Source: a virus (lineage: Duplodnaviria; Caudoviricetes). Taken from it: a stretch of DNA of 42,653 nt. Of this stretch, positions 17,816 to 25,800 are shown one piece after another. The notes under the pieces were generated by a model. It had not been told where the DNA came from. It searched no databases and saw only the letters and a list, made by a program, of their open reading frames with translations. Each line of letters begins with the position of its first letter. Within the stretch, counting starts at the first letter, position 1. The position numbers and the translations under genes are program-made. The DNA is taken from positions 1-42,653 of IMG/VR virus record IMGVR_UViG_3300043756_000033, one strand, 5' to 3'.

Positions 17816-19465
17816 TCATATCCCTTGGCTGATCCTCGCCAGCCGCTGGTTGAGTTGCGGGCGGGCGGGCTTGAGATAATCCCGCGCGAACAGCGAGGCC
17901 GCTTCCTCTGGCGACTGCGCGTTCTGAAGCCTGCTCCAGAGGCGCGGGTAGTTGTTGCGGATATTCTGCGCCAGAAATTCGGTTTGCAACTGCGGATCGC
18001 GCCAGTCCCGCCCCCGGAGCCAGCGCGAGTAATTGTTCCACTCCTGCGCGCCCTCCTGATAGAGCCCGTGGGCATAGTGCGCCTCGCCGCTCCAGTTCGG
18101 CTGGTCGGGATGGCGCAGGGTCGGGTTGAAGCTGCTCTCCGTGCCGATGTTAAACATGATGCCCCGGATGGCATTCTGCGGCAGCCCGGCGCTGGAGAGC
18201 GTGCGCGAGACGATGGGACCGACCTGTTGCGGCCCGCTTGGCATCTGGCCATTAGGCAGCCGCGACGGCGCGTTGACGTCGCCGCTGGTGCCGCCGGGAC
18301 CGCCGCCGCCCATGCCGGGCGGCAGGGCGGCCGGGAACGGGTGCTGGGCCGCCCACTGCCGTTCGGCCGGGGTCCCTGCACCCGCCTGCTGGCCCTGCTG
18401 TCGCCGCTGGAAGTCCTCATAGTTCTCGCCGGGCCGTTGTCCCGGCTGCTGGCCCGCCGCGATCTGACGGAGCGCCTGCGCCCGCGCCTGCGGCGACGCC
18501 CACTGCCCGGTGCGCGGGTTGTAGCCCGGTGCCCAAGGTCGTCCGGCCCATGGTGGCTGCCCGCCGCGTCCCATCATCCCGGGCATCATGCCGCGCCCGC
18601 CCATGGCCCCGCCCAGCAACTGGCCGATCAGGCTCATCAGTGATTGCGGGTTGCCCTGCATTACGCCCTGAATGTCGCGGAGCAAGCCGCCCATCGGCCC
18701 GCCCATCGGCATGTTGAACGGCAGTTGTCCCGGCTGCCGCTGGTAGTAGCCGGTCTGGGGCATCTGCGGACCCCCGCTAGGACCGCCTGCGGGGCCGCCC
18801 TGAGTGCTGGTCGCGCCTTCGGGCAGTTGATCACCGTCCCCCTCGTCCACCGCGCTGGGCGGGGCGCTGGCGTAATCCTTGGCGGTCCCTGCGACGGTTG
18901 GTCCGGCCGGGGGCTGTCCGCCCTCTCCGTCCTTCGCCTCCGCGTCGCCTGTCGCCGCCGGGGGCTGAACGTCGGGGAACCCGGCCGACGACGCCACCTG
19001 CTGTTGCCCGCCGCTGAGCCATGGCGGCGTGAGCGGTCGCTTGGTCGGGTCGATATTGCCGGTCTGGACGACGCCGCCCGGGAGGGTGGCCTGCCCCGCG
19101 CCGATCTGCCACGCCGCCGGGTTGATCGGCTGCTGCGGCGGCTGCGGCTGTTGCGCCGGGGGCTGGGGCTGGGGCTGCTGTTGCGGCTGTCCGTCCTGCG
19201 ACTGGTCCGACTTCTGGCTCTGGTCGCTACTGCCGTCGCCGCCGCCGGGTGGGTTCAGGGCATAACTCACGCCGAATGGGCCGGTTGGATCACTGACAAC
19301 GTTGTCAAGTGAAGAACTGGACCCAGAATTGCCGCCACCGAATACGCTGCTTGCCGGACCAATCGGCGGCGCGGTGCCGCCGCCGAACGCGCTCATGAGG
19401 TTGCCGCTCAGGCTGCTGGCCAAGCTGCCCAAGCCACTCGATAGTGCGCTGCCGAAGTCGCCCAT
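17816..19465 (-). CDS. Ejection protein with C-terminal phage tail-lysozyme-like domain
   Basis: GLPQNAIRGIMFNIGTESSFNP...GLYQ...QTEFLAQNI...AQSPEEAASLFARDYLKP; Q/P/G-rich N-terminal part. Confidence 0.75.
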   Translation of the reverse strand: MGDFGSALSSGLGSLASSLSGNLMSAFGGGTAPPIGPASSVFGGGNSGSSSSLDNVVSDPTGPFGVSYALNPPGGGDGSSDQSQKSDQSQDGQPQQQPQPQPPAQQPQPPQQPINPAAWQIGAGQATLPGGVVQTGNIDPTKRPLTPPWLSGGQQQVASSAGFPDVQPPAATGDAEAKDGEGGQPPAGPTVAGTAKDYASAPPSAVDEGDGDQLPEGATSTQGGPAGGPSGGPQMPQTGYYQRQPGQLPFNMPMGGPMGGLLRDIQGVMQGNPQSLMSLIGQLLGGAMGGRGMMPGMMGRGGQPPWAGRPWAPGYNPRTGQWASPQARAQALRQIAAGQQPGQRPGENYEDFQRRQQGQQAGAGTPAERQWAAQHPFPAALPPGMGGGGPGGTSGDVNAPSRLPNGQMPSGPQQVGPIVSRTLSSAGLPQNAIRGIMFNIGTESSFNPTLRHPDQPNWSGEAHYAHGLYQEGAQEWNNYSRWLRGRDWRDPQLQTEFLAQNIRNNYPRLWSRLQNAQSPEEAASLFARDYLKPARPQLNQRLARISQGI

Positions 19466-19959
19466 CACTGACCCCCTGCACCCTGCGACGACACGTTCTG
19501 GTTCGGATCAAGGTTGAAGTTCTGGGTGCCTGCCGTCTGGCCCTGCTGCGTCGCCAGCGCGCCGAGGCTCTGGTTCTGGTTCTGGATATTCATCCCGATG
19601 TTGGCGACCGATCCGGGGATGGCGGGGTTGGACTGGTTGGCGTTGAACAGATTGCCGAGGGCCGCTTGAGCCACCTGCCCCAGTCCGCCGATGTCCTGTG
19701 TTTCCATTGACGACGGCCCGGCGTAAGTGAGGCTCTGTCCGGTCGCCGCAGCGGTGGCCGGGTCGCCGGACGGCTGGCCAAGTCCGAGTTGCTTGTAGCG
19801 GTTATGGATTTGCTCGCTGCCAAGTCCCAGCGACTGCTCGATCAGGCCGACGTCGGCCGATGACAGGCCGCCAGCGCCGGGGACGGCACTGGTCATCTGA
19901 CCCTTGCTGTTGCCGAAGAGCCCGCCGCTGCCGCCGAACAGGTTGGAGAGAAAGCCCAT
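19465..19959 (-). CDS. Putative small ejection protein
   Basis: MGFLSNLFGG..., G/Q/N-rich, coupled overlaps at both ends. Confidence 0.6.
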   Translation of the reverse strand: MGFLSNLFGGSGGLFGNSKGQMTSAVPGAGGLSSADVGLIEQSLGLGSEQIHNRYKQLGLGQPSGDPATAAATGQSLTYAGPSSMETQDIGGLGQVAQAALGNLFNANQSNPAIPGSVANIGMNIQNQNQSLGALATQQGQTAGTQNFNLDPNQNVSSQGAGGQ

Positions 19960-21197
19960 TATGCGCTGCTCCCGCCGCCGCCATCGCCTCCGTCGCCGCC
20001 GTCGCCCGAACTGCCGTCGCTGGCGCTGGCGCTCTCACCACCGACACCGCCGCCACCGGCATCACTGCTGCTGGAGCTACTGCCGCCGCTATCGCCCGGT
20101 CCCGGGCCGCCGGGTGTGCCGCCGACGTCGCCGACGTCACCGGCAGGCGAAGCCGCCTGCGCCGCGCCGAGGTTGGCGTTGTTGGCGCTGTCCGCAGAGA
20201 CCGATGCCTGATTGCCAAAGCCGAGGTCGCCGGGCGAGAAGCCCATTGCCGCCGCCGCTGCTGCATCGGCTGGGCTCGAAATGCCGAAGCCTGCGGCAGT
20301 CCCGGGCGTCTGCCCGGCGTTGTTGCCGAAGCCACTGGTGACGCCACCAACCTCACCTGCCAAGCTGCCCGGTGCGCCGAAGGTGGCGGTGCCGTAGCCG
20401 CCGGTCGCTGGACCGCCGAACTGGCCAGTCTCAGCGGCCGGGCTGAACCCCGCTGCGACGTCCGCACCAAAATCGGTCGGGCTGACGGTGCCGAACACGC
20501 CGGGTGCGACCGGGCCGTTGATCGTGGCAAAGCCGGACTGGAAGCCGGATGCTGGAGTTCCGAATTGGCTCTCGTACCCGGTCGGGTCACCCATCGGATT
20601 GCCGATTGCGGGCGTGTTGCCCGGGTTGGCCATGAGGCCGAACGGTGATTGGGGTGAGACGGCTGTTGGTGCGAACTGCGATTGATCCTTGCCCGGGTTC
20701 GCAAGTTGCGGCCCGACCAGCCCGGCGTTGGGCGCACCGAAGGTGTTGATGCCGGGTCCAACCACGCCATAGCCGAAGTCCATGCCAATGTCCGGGGTCG
20801 CCTGCGTCGCGGACGGAGCCTGCGCCGGATTGCCCAGCGACGGTGCGGTTGGTGAGACGTTGGTGGTCGCGGTCACGTCGCCAAGCGGTGCCGAGGTGAC
20901 GGTGCCGGACGGGGCCGCCACCCCGGGGCTCGTCGGTCCAATGGATGGCGGCGCGGGCGCTGGACCGGGTGCCGCCGGGCTGGGTGCCGGTCCCGGGGCT
21001 GATGGGGCGGCAGGGCTCGCAGGTCCAGCCGGGGCACCCGGCGTGTTACCCATACCAGACAATCCCTCGCTGAAGCCACCCCAGCCGCCGCCCGGACCCG
21101 TGCCAGCAAGCGCGCCTCCGCCAAAGCCGCCCTGCCTCAAGAACTCGTCAATGATGCTTTGCAGGTCGCCGCCACCGAGTTGACTGAGGTCGCCCAT
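19959..21197 (-). CDS. Gly/Pro/Ala-rich low-complexity virion protein
   Basis: 412 aa, almost no basic residues, ends in a GGDGG-type tail. Confidence 0.65.
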   Translation of the reverse strand: MGDLSQLGGGDLQSIIDEFLRQGGFGGGALAGTGPGGGWGGFSEGLSGMGNTPGAPAGPASPAAPSAPGPAPSPAAPGPAPAPPSIGPTSPGVAAPSGTVTSAPLGDVTATTNVSPTAPSLGNPAQAPSATQATPDIGMDFGYGVVGPGINTFGAPNAGLVGPQLANPGKDQSQFAPTAVSPQSPFGLMANPGNTPAIGNPMGDPTGYESQFGTPASGFQSGFATINGPVAPGVFGTVSPTDFGADVAAGFSPAAETGQFGGPATGGYGTATFGAPGSLAGEVGGVTSGFGNNAGQTPGTAAGFGISSPADAAAAAAMGFSPGDLGFGNQASVSADSANNANLGAAQAASPAGDVGDVGGTPGGPGPGDSGGSSSSSSDAGGGGVGGESASASDGSSGDGGDGGDGGGGSSA

Positions 21198-21203
21198 GAC
21201 ACG

Positions 21204-21632
21204 TTATCCGCTTGTCACTGGTGTATTGTCCGTGTTGCCGCTGTTGCCGCCGACGTTCTCCGTGTTGCCGAAGTTGGTTGCCGGTTGCAGTCCTGATTGC
21301 GTGGCGGATTGCTGCGCCAGTTGCTGAAGCTGGCTCTGCTGTTGTGCCGCAGTGTCCGAGAACCCTGCCAACTGTTTCGCCGTACCTATGTCGGAAGCGG
21401 CATTGGCGTAGGTTTTCATGGTGGACGCGCCCATGCCGCCAAGCCCGCTGCTGCTCTGCGCGAACTTGGCATCGTTGGCCATCTGGCGCTGCTGGCCCTC
21501 GTATTCGGCGAGTGCCGCTTGCTGTGGTGCGACGCCGCCGGTCACGTTGCCGCCGCCCTTGTTGCCGCTGATGGCGTTGCCCATCAGGCCCATCAGCGGG
21601 CCGAACAGCGAGGATAGGCCGAAGTCACCCAT
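21204..21632 (-). CDS. Putative small ejection protein
   Basis: MGDFGLSSLFGPLMGLMG...; TGATG overlap with the GNAT-like gene. Confidence 0.6.
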   Translation of the reverse strand: MGDFGLSSLFGPLMGLMGNAISGNKGGGNVTGGVAPQQAALAEYEGQQRQMANDAKFAQSSSGLGGMGASTMKTYANAASDIGTAKQLAGFSDTAAQQQSQLQQLAQQSATQSGLQPATNFGNTENVGGNSGNTDNTPVTSG

Positions 21633-22054
21633 CACAACCTCATGACGTAGCGCGGCAGTTGTTCCTTCGCCCCCATTCTACGCGCCAGCGGGCCGATATC
21701 AAAGTCGGTTTCGGAGCAGACGCGCCATGTGTTGGCCCCGCGCGCCCGTGCCCAGCCGACCGACGCGCGCAGCAGCTTGTTCATCTCCCAGAGGCCGCCG
21801 TCGTCCGCGCACATGGCGACGACGTTGCATTCGATCACGGTGGGTATCCACGGCACGATTGCCAGCATCGATATCGTAAAGGCATTCGCTGTACGTGCCG
21901 GATAGAACAGCAGCGGCGTCGGCAGCACGCAATTGCGCAGCCACCCCTCCGCGCCAACCCTGTCGTAGTGTGAAGGATATCGCTTTACGCCAAGGTCGAG
22001 CACCCACGGGATGTCGCTCTCTCTGAGCAGGCGAACATCCTCATTGCGGCTCAC
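21632..22054 (-). CDS. GNAT-fold acyltransferase-like virion assembly protein
   Basis: VRLLRESDIPWVLDL...KLLRASVGWARARGA...LARRMG matches the GNAT helix/strand pattern; GTGA overlap start. Confidence 0.55.
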   Translation of the reverse strand: MSRNEDVRLLRESDIPWVLDLGVKRYPSHYDRVGAEGWLRNCVLPTPLLFYPARTANAFTISMLAIVPWIPTVIECNVVAMCADDGGLWEMNKLLRASVGWARARGANTWRVCSETDFDIGPLARRMGAKEQLPRYVMRL

Positions 22055-22449
22055 CAGAACGGAAACGTCCACGTAACCCTTGGCTGCACCGTTGGTGGCG
22101 GGGCGAACGTCTGCGCCCCGATGTAGTGCTCCATGTGGTTCTGGAACTGAAACCATGATCGTTCAACCGGGTCGTTCAGGTCAGTGTCTACCATGTTCTG
22201 GCCGACCCTCAAACCGACGTGCATGCTGTCGAAGTAGGTCGGGAAGTCGGCCAGCGCATCGTTGTGCGCCTGCTGGTGGTTCAGTTGCCACGGCCCGGCA
22301 GAGGCAAGCGCGAGCATCGGATCAACGAAGTACGGCACCACCGAGTAGCGTGTCAGCGGGGCCATGATGCCCAGCGCGTTGCGGTGCGCCATGGCGTGAT
22401 GGAACGTGAACGCCGGGTCGTCCAGATTGGTCAGGACGACGCTGCTCAT
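22051..22449 (-). CDS. His-motif protein
   Basis: HHAMAH, NHQQAH and NHMEH motifs; coupled overlaps. Confidence 0.7.
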   Translation of the reverse strand: MSSVVLTNLDDPAFTFHHAMAHRNALGIMAPLTRYSVVPYFVDPMLALASAGPWQLNHQQAHNDALADFPTYFDSMHVGLRVGQNMVDTDLNDPVERSWFQFQNHMEHYIGAQTFAPPPTVQPRVTWTFPFW

Positions 22450-22754
22450 TCGCCGCCATCGCCGCGACCGCGCACCGATCTGGAAAGCAGCGACGAACTC
22501 TCCTGCGCCGGGGCGCGGGTGTCGCTGGTGCCCATCGGGTCAAACCCTCGCGGGCTTATCCGGTCCATGCCGTAGTCGCTGGTCGGGCCATCGCCAAGCA
22601 GTCCTCTGGGACCGACACCGGGCGTCGTACCCATACGCAAAGGCCCGGCGACTGGCCTCCCTGACCGGAAGAAGCCGTCCGGGTGCTTGAAGTCGGCCAC
22701 GGGGTTTCGCTTGACGATTGGCCATTCGCCCTGTTTCCTCTCATGCTCTGCCAT
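22446..22754 (-). CDS. Hypothetical protein
   Basis: MAEHERKQGEWP...; TGATG overlap, GAGG SD. Confidence 0.6.
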   Translation of the reverse strand: MAEHERKQGEWPIVKRNPVADFKHPDGFFRSGRPVAGPLRMGTTPGVGPRGLLGDGPTSDYGMDRISPRGFDPMGTSDTRAPAQESSSLLSRSVRGRGDGGE

Positions 22755-22861
22755 CAGCGTTGCCTCTTTCGCTTTGCAGCGGCCTTGCGTCGCGCCTTGC
22801 GCAGATTGCGACGCGAAGCCCGCTTCTGCATCTTGGTCGGGTACGGTGAGGTGAGCGCCAT
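22754..22861 (-). CDS. Basic micro-protein (35 aa); not in ORF track
   Basis: MALTSPYPTKMQKRASRRNLRKARRKAAAKRKRQR; TGATG overlaps at both ends. Confidence 0.7.
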   Translation of the reverse strand: MALTSPYPTKMQKRASRRNLRKARRKAAAKRKRQR

Positions 22862-23064
22862 CAGTAGCGACCCTTGATGAAGCTGTTGAAGTATTGCCCC
22901 GGACTGGGGCTGTACGCCCAGCGTTCAACTTCGATTTGTTGGATGCCTTCGAGGACGTACAGGCCGCCGCCGCGCTGGAACGTCACGTAGGCAACCTCCT
23001 CCTCGTCGTCGTACTCGATGCGCGCAATCGCGCTGCTCGCGACCGGGTACGTCTGTATCGTCAT
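22861..23064 (-). CDS. KTSC-domain protein
   Basis: VASSAIARIEYD...VTFQRGG..Y...SPSPGQYFNSFIKGRY. Confidence 0.8.
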   Translation of the reverse strand: MTIQTYPVASSAIARIEYDDEEEVAYVTFQRGGGLYVLEGIQQIEVERWAYSPSPGQYFNSFIKGRY

Positions 23065-23140
23065 CGGTTCAGCTTGCGATAGACGTTGCGCATGACACGC
23101 CCTTGGTTCGGCTGAAGTCATCGTCCGGCATTAGCGCCTC

Positions 23141-23542
23141 CTACGGCGACGTGCCCTCGCTGCCGACCGGCTTGCGGGCACCAGCACCATTCTTCGCCTT
23201 CCTCTTCGCCGTGGCATTCTTGCCTCCTAGAAGCTGCAACCAGACGCGCCATGGAACGACTGCAAGCGGCTCTTGGCGATCACGCCGCAGGAAGAGCACG
23301 TCGTATTCGCCAAGCCACCGCTCAAGTAAAGCGAAACCGTTGCCTTTGCCGCGCGCCTTGACTTCGGCAACAAGCGGCGCTTCGTCTTTCCCTAGAGGAT
23401 ATATATCAACGTCATGACCGCTACTGCGAAAGTGAGTAGCACCAGAAAGAGGATAACGTTCCGCATGAATGCCAGCGTCCTTATGGGCGTTGACAATCTC
23501 CACCTCAGCCCGTGCGCCCTTCCTTCGCTGCGATGCGCTCAT
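23141..23542 (-). CDS. PD-(D/E)xK Holliday-junction resolvase-like nuclease
   Basis: SQRRKGARAEVEI...PLSGA...DVDI...AEVKAR. Confidence 0.8.
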   Translation of the reverse strand: MSASQRRKGARAEVEIVNAHKDAGIHAERYPLSGATHFRSSGHDVDIYPLGKDEAPLVAEVKARGKGNGFALLERWLGEYDVLFLRRDRQEPLAVVPWRVWLQLLGGKNATAKRKAKNGAGARKPVGSEGTSP

Positions 23543-23709
23543 CGTTTTGCTCCTCTGTGGGGTCCGGTCCTACCTCCCGGCCTTGGTGTCCGGCCGGTTC
23601 GTCCGCGTCCGCGACGGCCACGGCTCCAATCACTGGGCCAGCCGTCATCGCTCCACGGCATTCTCACCACGGGGCCACGGCCCCGTGGACAATGATGTTT
23701 GCGGGCCAT
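23539..23709 (-). CDS. Arg/Gly-rich micro-protein (56 aa); not in ORF track
   Basis: MARKHHCPRGRGPVVRMPWSDDGWPSDWSRGRRGRGRTGRTPRPGGRTGPHRGAKR; GGAGG SD; TGATG and ATGA overlaps. Confidence 0.7.
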   Translation of the reverse strand: MARKHHCPRGRGPVVRMPWSDDGWPSDWSRGRRGRGRTGRTPRPGGRTGPHRGAKR

Positions 23710-23858
23710 CACCGCCTCCCGATACGAACGCGACGATTGGCCTTTCGATTACCGGGCACATTCGGCCGCATCCTGACCCGGCTGGACGGACGCATAGTCC
23801 CGAACCGTCCCGCCGGATCGACACGGCTACGTGGCCCGAGGTTGATACCGCGTGCCAT
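23709..23858 (-). CDS. Arg-rich micro-protein (49 aa); not in ORF track
   Basis: MARGINLGPRSRVDPAGRFGTMRPSSRVRMRPNVPGNRKANRRVRIGRR; GGAGG SD; ATG directly follows the upstream TGA. Confidence 0.7.
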   Translation of the reverse strand: MARGINLGPRSRVDPAGRFGTMRPSSRVRMRPNVPGNRKANRRVRIGRR

Positions 23859-23978
23859 TCAAAGCCTCCGACCTTTTCGATACGAGAATAGCCGTGGCTT
23901 CCACTTGGGTAGACGCCACGACTTGGTTTTGAGGGCTCTGCGCAGGTTCTTGATGGGGCGCGAGCCGTAGCGGGGCAT
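23859..23978 (-). CDS. Arg/Lys-rich micro-protein (39 aa); not in ORF track
   Basis: MPRYGSRPIKNLRRALKTKSWRLPKWKPRLFSYRKGRRL; GGAGG SD; TAATG overlap. Confidence 0.7.
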   Translation of the reverse strand: MPRYGSRPIKNLRRALKTKSWRLPKWKPRLFSYRKGRRL

Positions 23979-24055
23979 TATCCGTGCCTCCGCAGCTTAC
24001 GGGCTCGCATCCTGCGGGCGCGGCGAGTTCTCTTCAGTCGCTTCAGGCGAGCCAT
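23978..24055 (-). CDS. Arg-rich micro-protein (25 aa); not in ORF track
   Basis: MARLKRLKRTRRARRMRARKLRRHG; AGGAG SD. Confidence 0.7.
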   Translation of the reverse strand: MARLKRLKRTRRARRMRARKLRRHG

Positions 24056-24064
24056 CGCTCGCTC

Positions 24065-24109
24065 CTACCGACGACGAGAACGGCGACCACGACGTCTACG
24101 ACGTGCCAT
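24065..24109 (-). CDS. Protamine-like micro-peptide (14 aa); not in ORF track
   Basis: MARRRRRGRRSRRR; GAGGAG SD 8 nt upstream; 7 of 10 Arg codons are CGT. Confidence 0.65.
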   Translation of the reverse strand: MARRRRRGRRSRRR

Positions 24110-24170
24110 CTGCTCTTCTCCTCTTGCGAGTGTGTGGGGCACCATTAACGGGGCGGAGCCTACACCCGCC

Positions 24171-25799
24171 TCATGCGCCGAACAAGGTACGCAATTCGCC
24201 CGTGATGTGCAGCCGCTCAATGGTGAAGTCGGGGGACAGGCTCTTCAGGTCCACCGCGATGCTGATGCCAGCGCCTTCGATGGGCTGCGGCTCGAATGCG
24301 AAGTTCGCGCCGGGCGTCAGTTCAAAGCCGACGTCCTGAGTGCCGCCGGGCACACCGCCGCTCTCGCACTTCACGCTACCGGTGAACGACACGCCCTGCC
24401 CGCTGTTGTCATGGACTTCCATAAACAGGCGCTTGAAGTTCTTGATGGTCAGCATCGTTGCTGGTTCCTGCTCCGTACCACGCAGCGCCTTGGTCGAGAG
24501 CCGTTTCGGCAGTGCCGGGTCCGGTTGTGCAAACAGTTGGTAAAGCGAAGTCCCGTCCGTGCCGTAGGGCGTGCAGATGCTATCCTGCTCGTAATAGCCG
24601 ATGTTGGTCAGTTCGAGGTTCTGCGACGCCACCGACCAGAAGTCCTGACCCTTGATCGGATGGTACATGAGTAAAAGGCTTCGCGTTACACCCCACGGAT
24701 CAGTAAAGCGGCCATTGGCGAGGAGGACGCGGAAACCGAACATCGATGCGGTCGCCATGGTCGGATAATACAGCGAGGTGTCCAGCGTGTTGTAGACGTT
24801 GGTCGTCTTGCTGCTGATGTTCTGGCTGTCGCCACCTGTTATCAAGTAAATCCCTTCACCACCGAAATGCACGAAGTGGCGGCCCAGCCGACCGACCGGG
24901 CGCGGGAAACGGTGACCCACCTGCGGATCAATGTTCGCGTAGTTCATGTTGGTGACGAAAGGCGCAACGTCGGTGCCTTGGCCGCTTAGCTGCACGTTCG
25001 ATATCAGGTCGATGCTGCTGTCACCGAAGCAGAACAGATAGCCTGCGCTGGCCGCAAGGTCCATGAAGCTGTAGGTCAGCTTGTTGCCGAAGTATCCGAA
25101 TGATCCTCCACCGTTGGCCGTCGAAAAGTCAGCCCCGTTGCTCGGAGCAGAGAAAGAAACAACATCCTTGCCAGAGACGAACAGGCGTTCCTGATACACC
25201 TCCATCGCATAGATGCCGGGGAGGCCAGTCGGCATCGGTGTCGGGACGGACGGACCCTCAAGCGCGTCGGTGAGCCAGTCCGGAGCCTGCTCGCCCGGCG
25301 ACGTGAGCACCTGCCCGTCCCATGCGTAAAGCCCGTTCGGCGAGCCGAAGAGGACGCCACCGTTCTGCCCTAGAACCGATCCGAAGAACCGGGGCCGCCA
25401 CACAACAGCGTCGGCCCAGTAGTTGGGAGGGATCGGCGACCAGATATCCCCGATATCGACTGTCGTTCCGAGGTCGAGGTCAACCTGAACAACGTGTCCG
25501 TTGGAGAGGAACATCCAAGCCAGACGTCCCCCGTAAGGTGGACCGGGCTTCTCGAACTGGGGTGTAGGATACCCGATGAAGCCGAAGAACATGCGCAGGA
25601 TGGTTGTCCCGGCGGGTGCGGTGTAGATCGCGGGACCATGGCCCCAGCATGAGCGGAGGTTACCGGCACCGATTGCGAACAGGTTTTCATTCCACCACTC
25701 CTCCTCGTCGCCGATACTGCCACGTCGCCCCTCTTGGTTCAGTCCCTGCCACGCCTGTAGCGTCTTGACAACTGGCTGGTTGGTGCTCTGGACAGGCAT
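24171..25799 (-). CDS. Tail nozzle / DNA-stabilisation protein (tail tubular B or P22 gp10-like)
   Basis: 542 aa, beta-rich (WQGLNQ, MEVYQERLFVSG...FSAP); lies between the adaptor and the ejection genes. Confidence 0.65.
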   Translation of the reverse strand: MPVQSTNQPVVKTLQAWQGLNQEGRRGSIGDEEEWWNENLFAIGAGNLRSCWGHGPAIYTAPAGTTILRMFFGFIGYPTPQFEKPGPPYGGRLAWMFLSNGHVVQVDLDLGTTVDIGDIWSPIPPNYWADAVVWRPRFFGSVLGQNGGVLFGSPNGLYAWDGQVLTSPGEQAPDWLTDALEGPSVPTPMPTGLPGIYAMEVYQERLFVSGKDVVSFSAPSNGADFSTANGGGSFGYFGNKLTYSFMDLAASAGYLFCFGDSSIDLISNVQLSGQGTDVAPFVTNMNYANIDPQVGHRFPRPVGRLGRHFVHFGGEGIYLITGGDSQNISSKTTNVYNTLDTSLYYPTMATASMFGFRVLLANGRFTDPWGVTRSLLLMYHPIKGQDFWSVASQNLELTNIGYYEQDSICTPYGTDGTSLYQLFAQPDPALPKRLSTKALRGTEQEPATMLTIKNFKRLFMEVHDNSGQGVSFTGSVKCESGGVPGGTQDVGFELTPGANFAFEPQPIEGAGISIAVDLKSLSPDFTIERLHITGELRTLFGA

Positions 25800-25800
25800 T

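Noticed and set aside
23064-23141. Tiny ORFs between the resolvase and KTSC genes (MPDDDFSRTKG..., MRNVYRKLNR)
   Set aside because: Too short and ambiguous in frame to support as genes.
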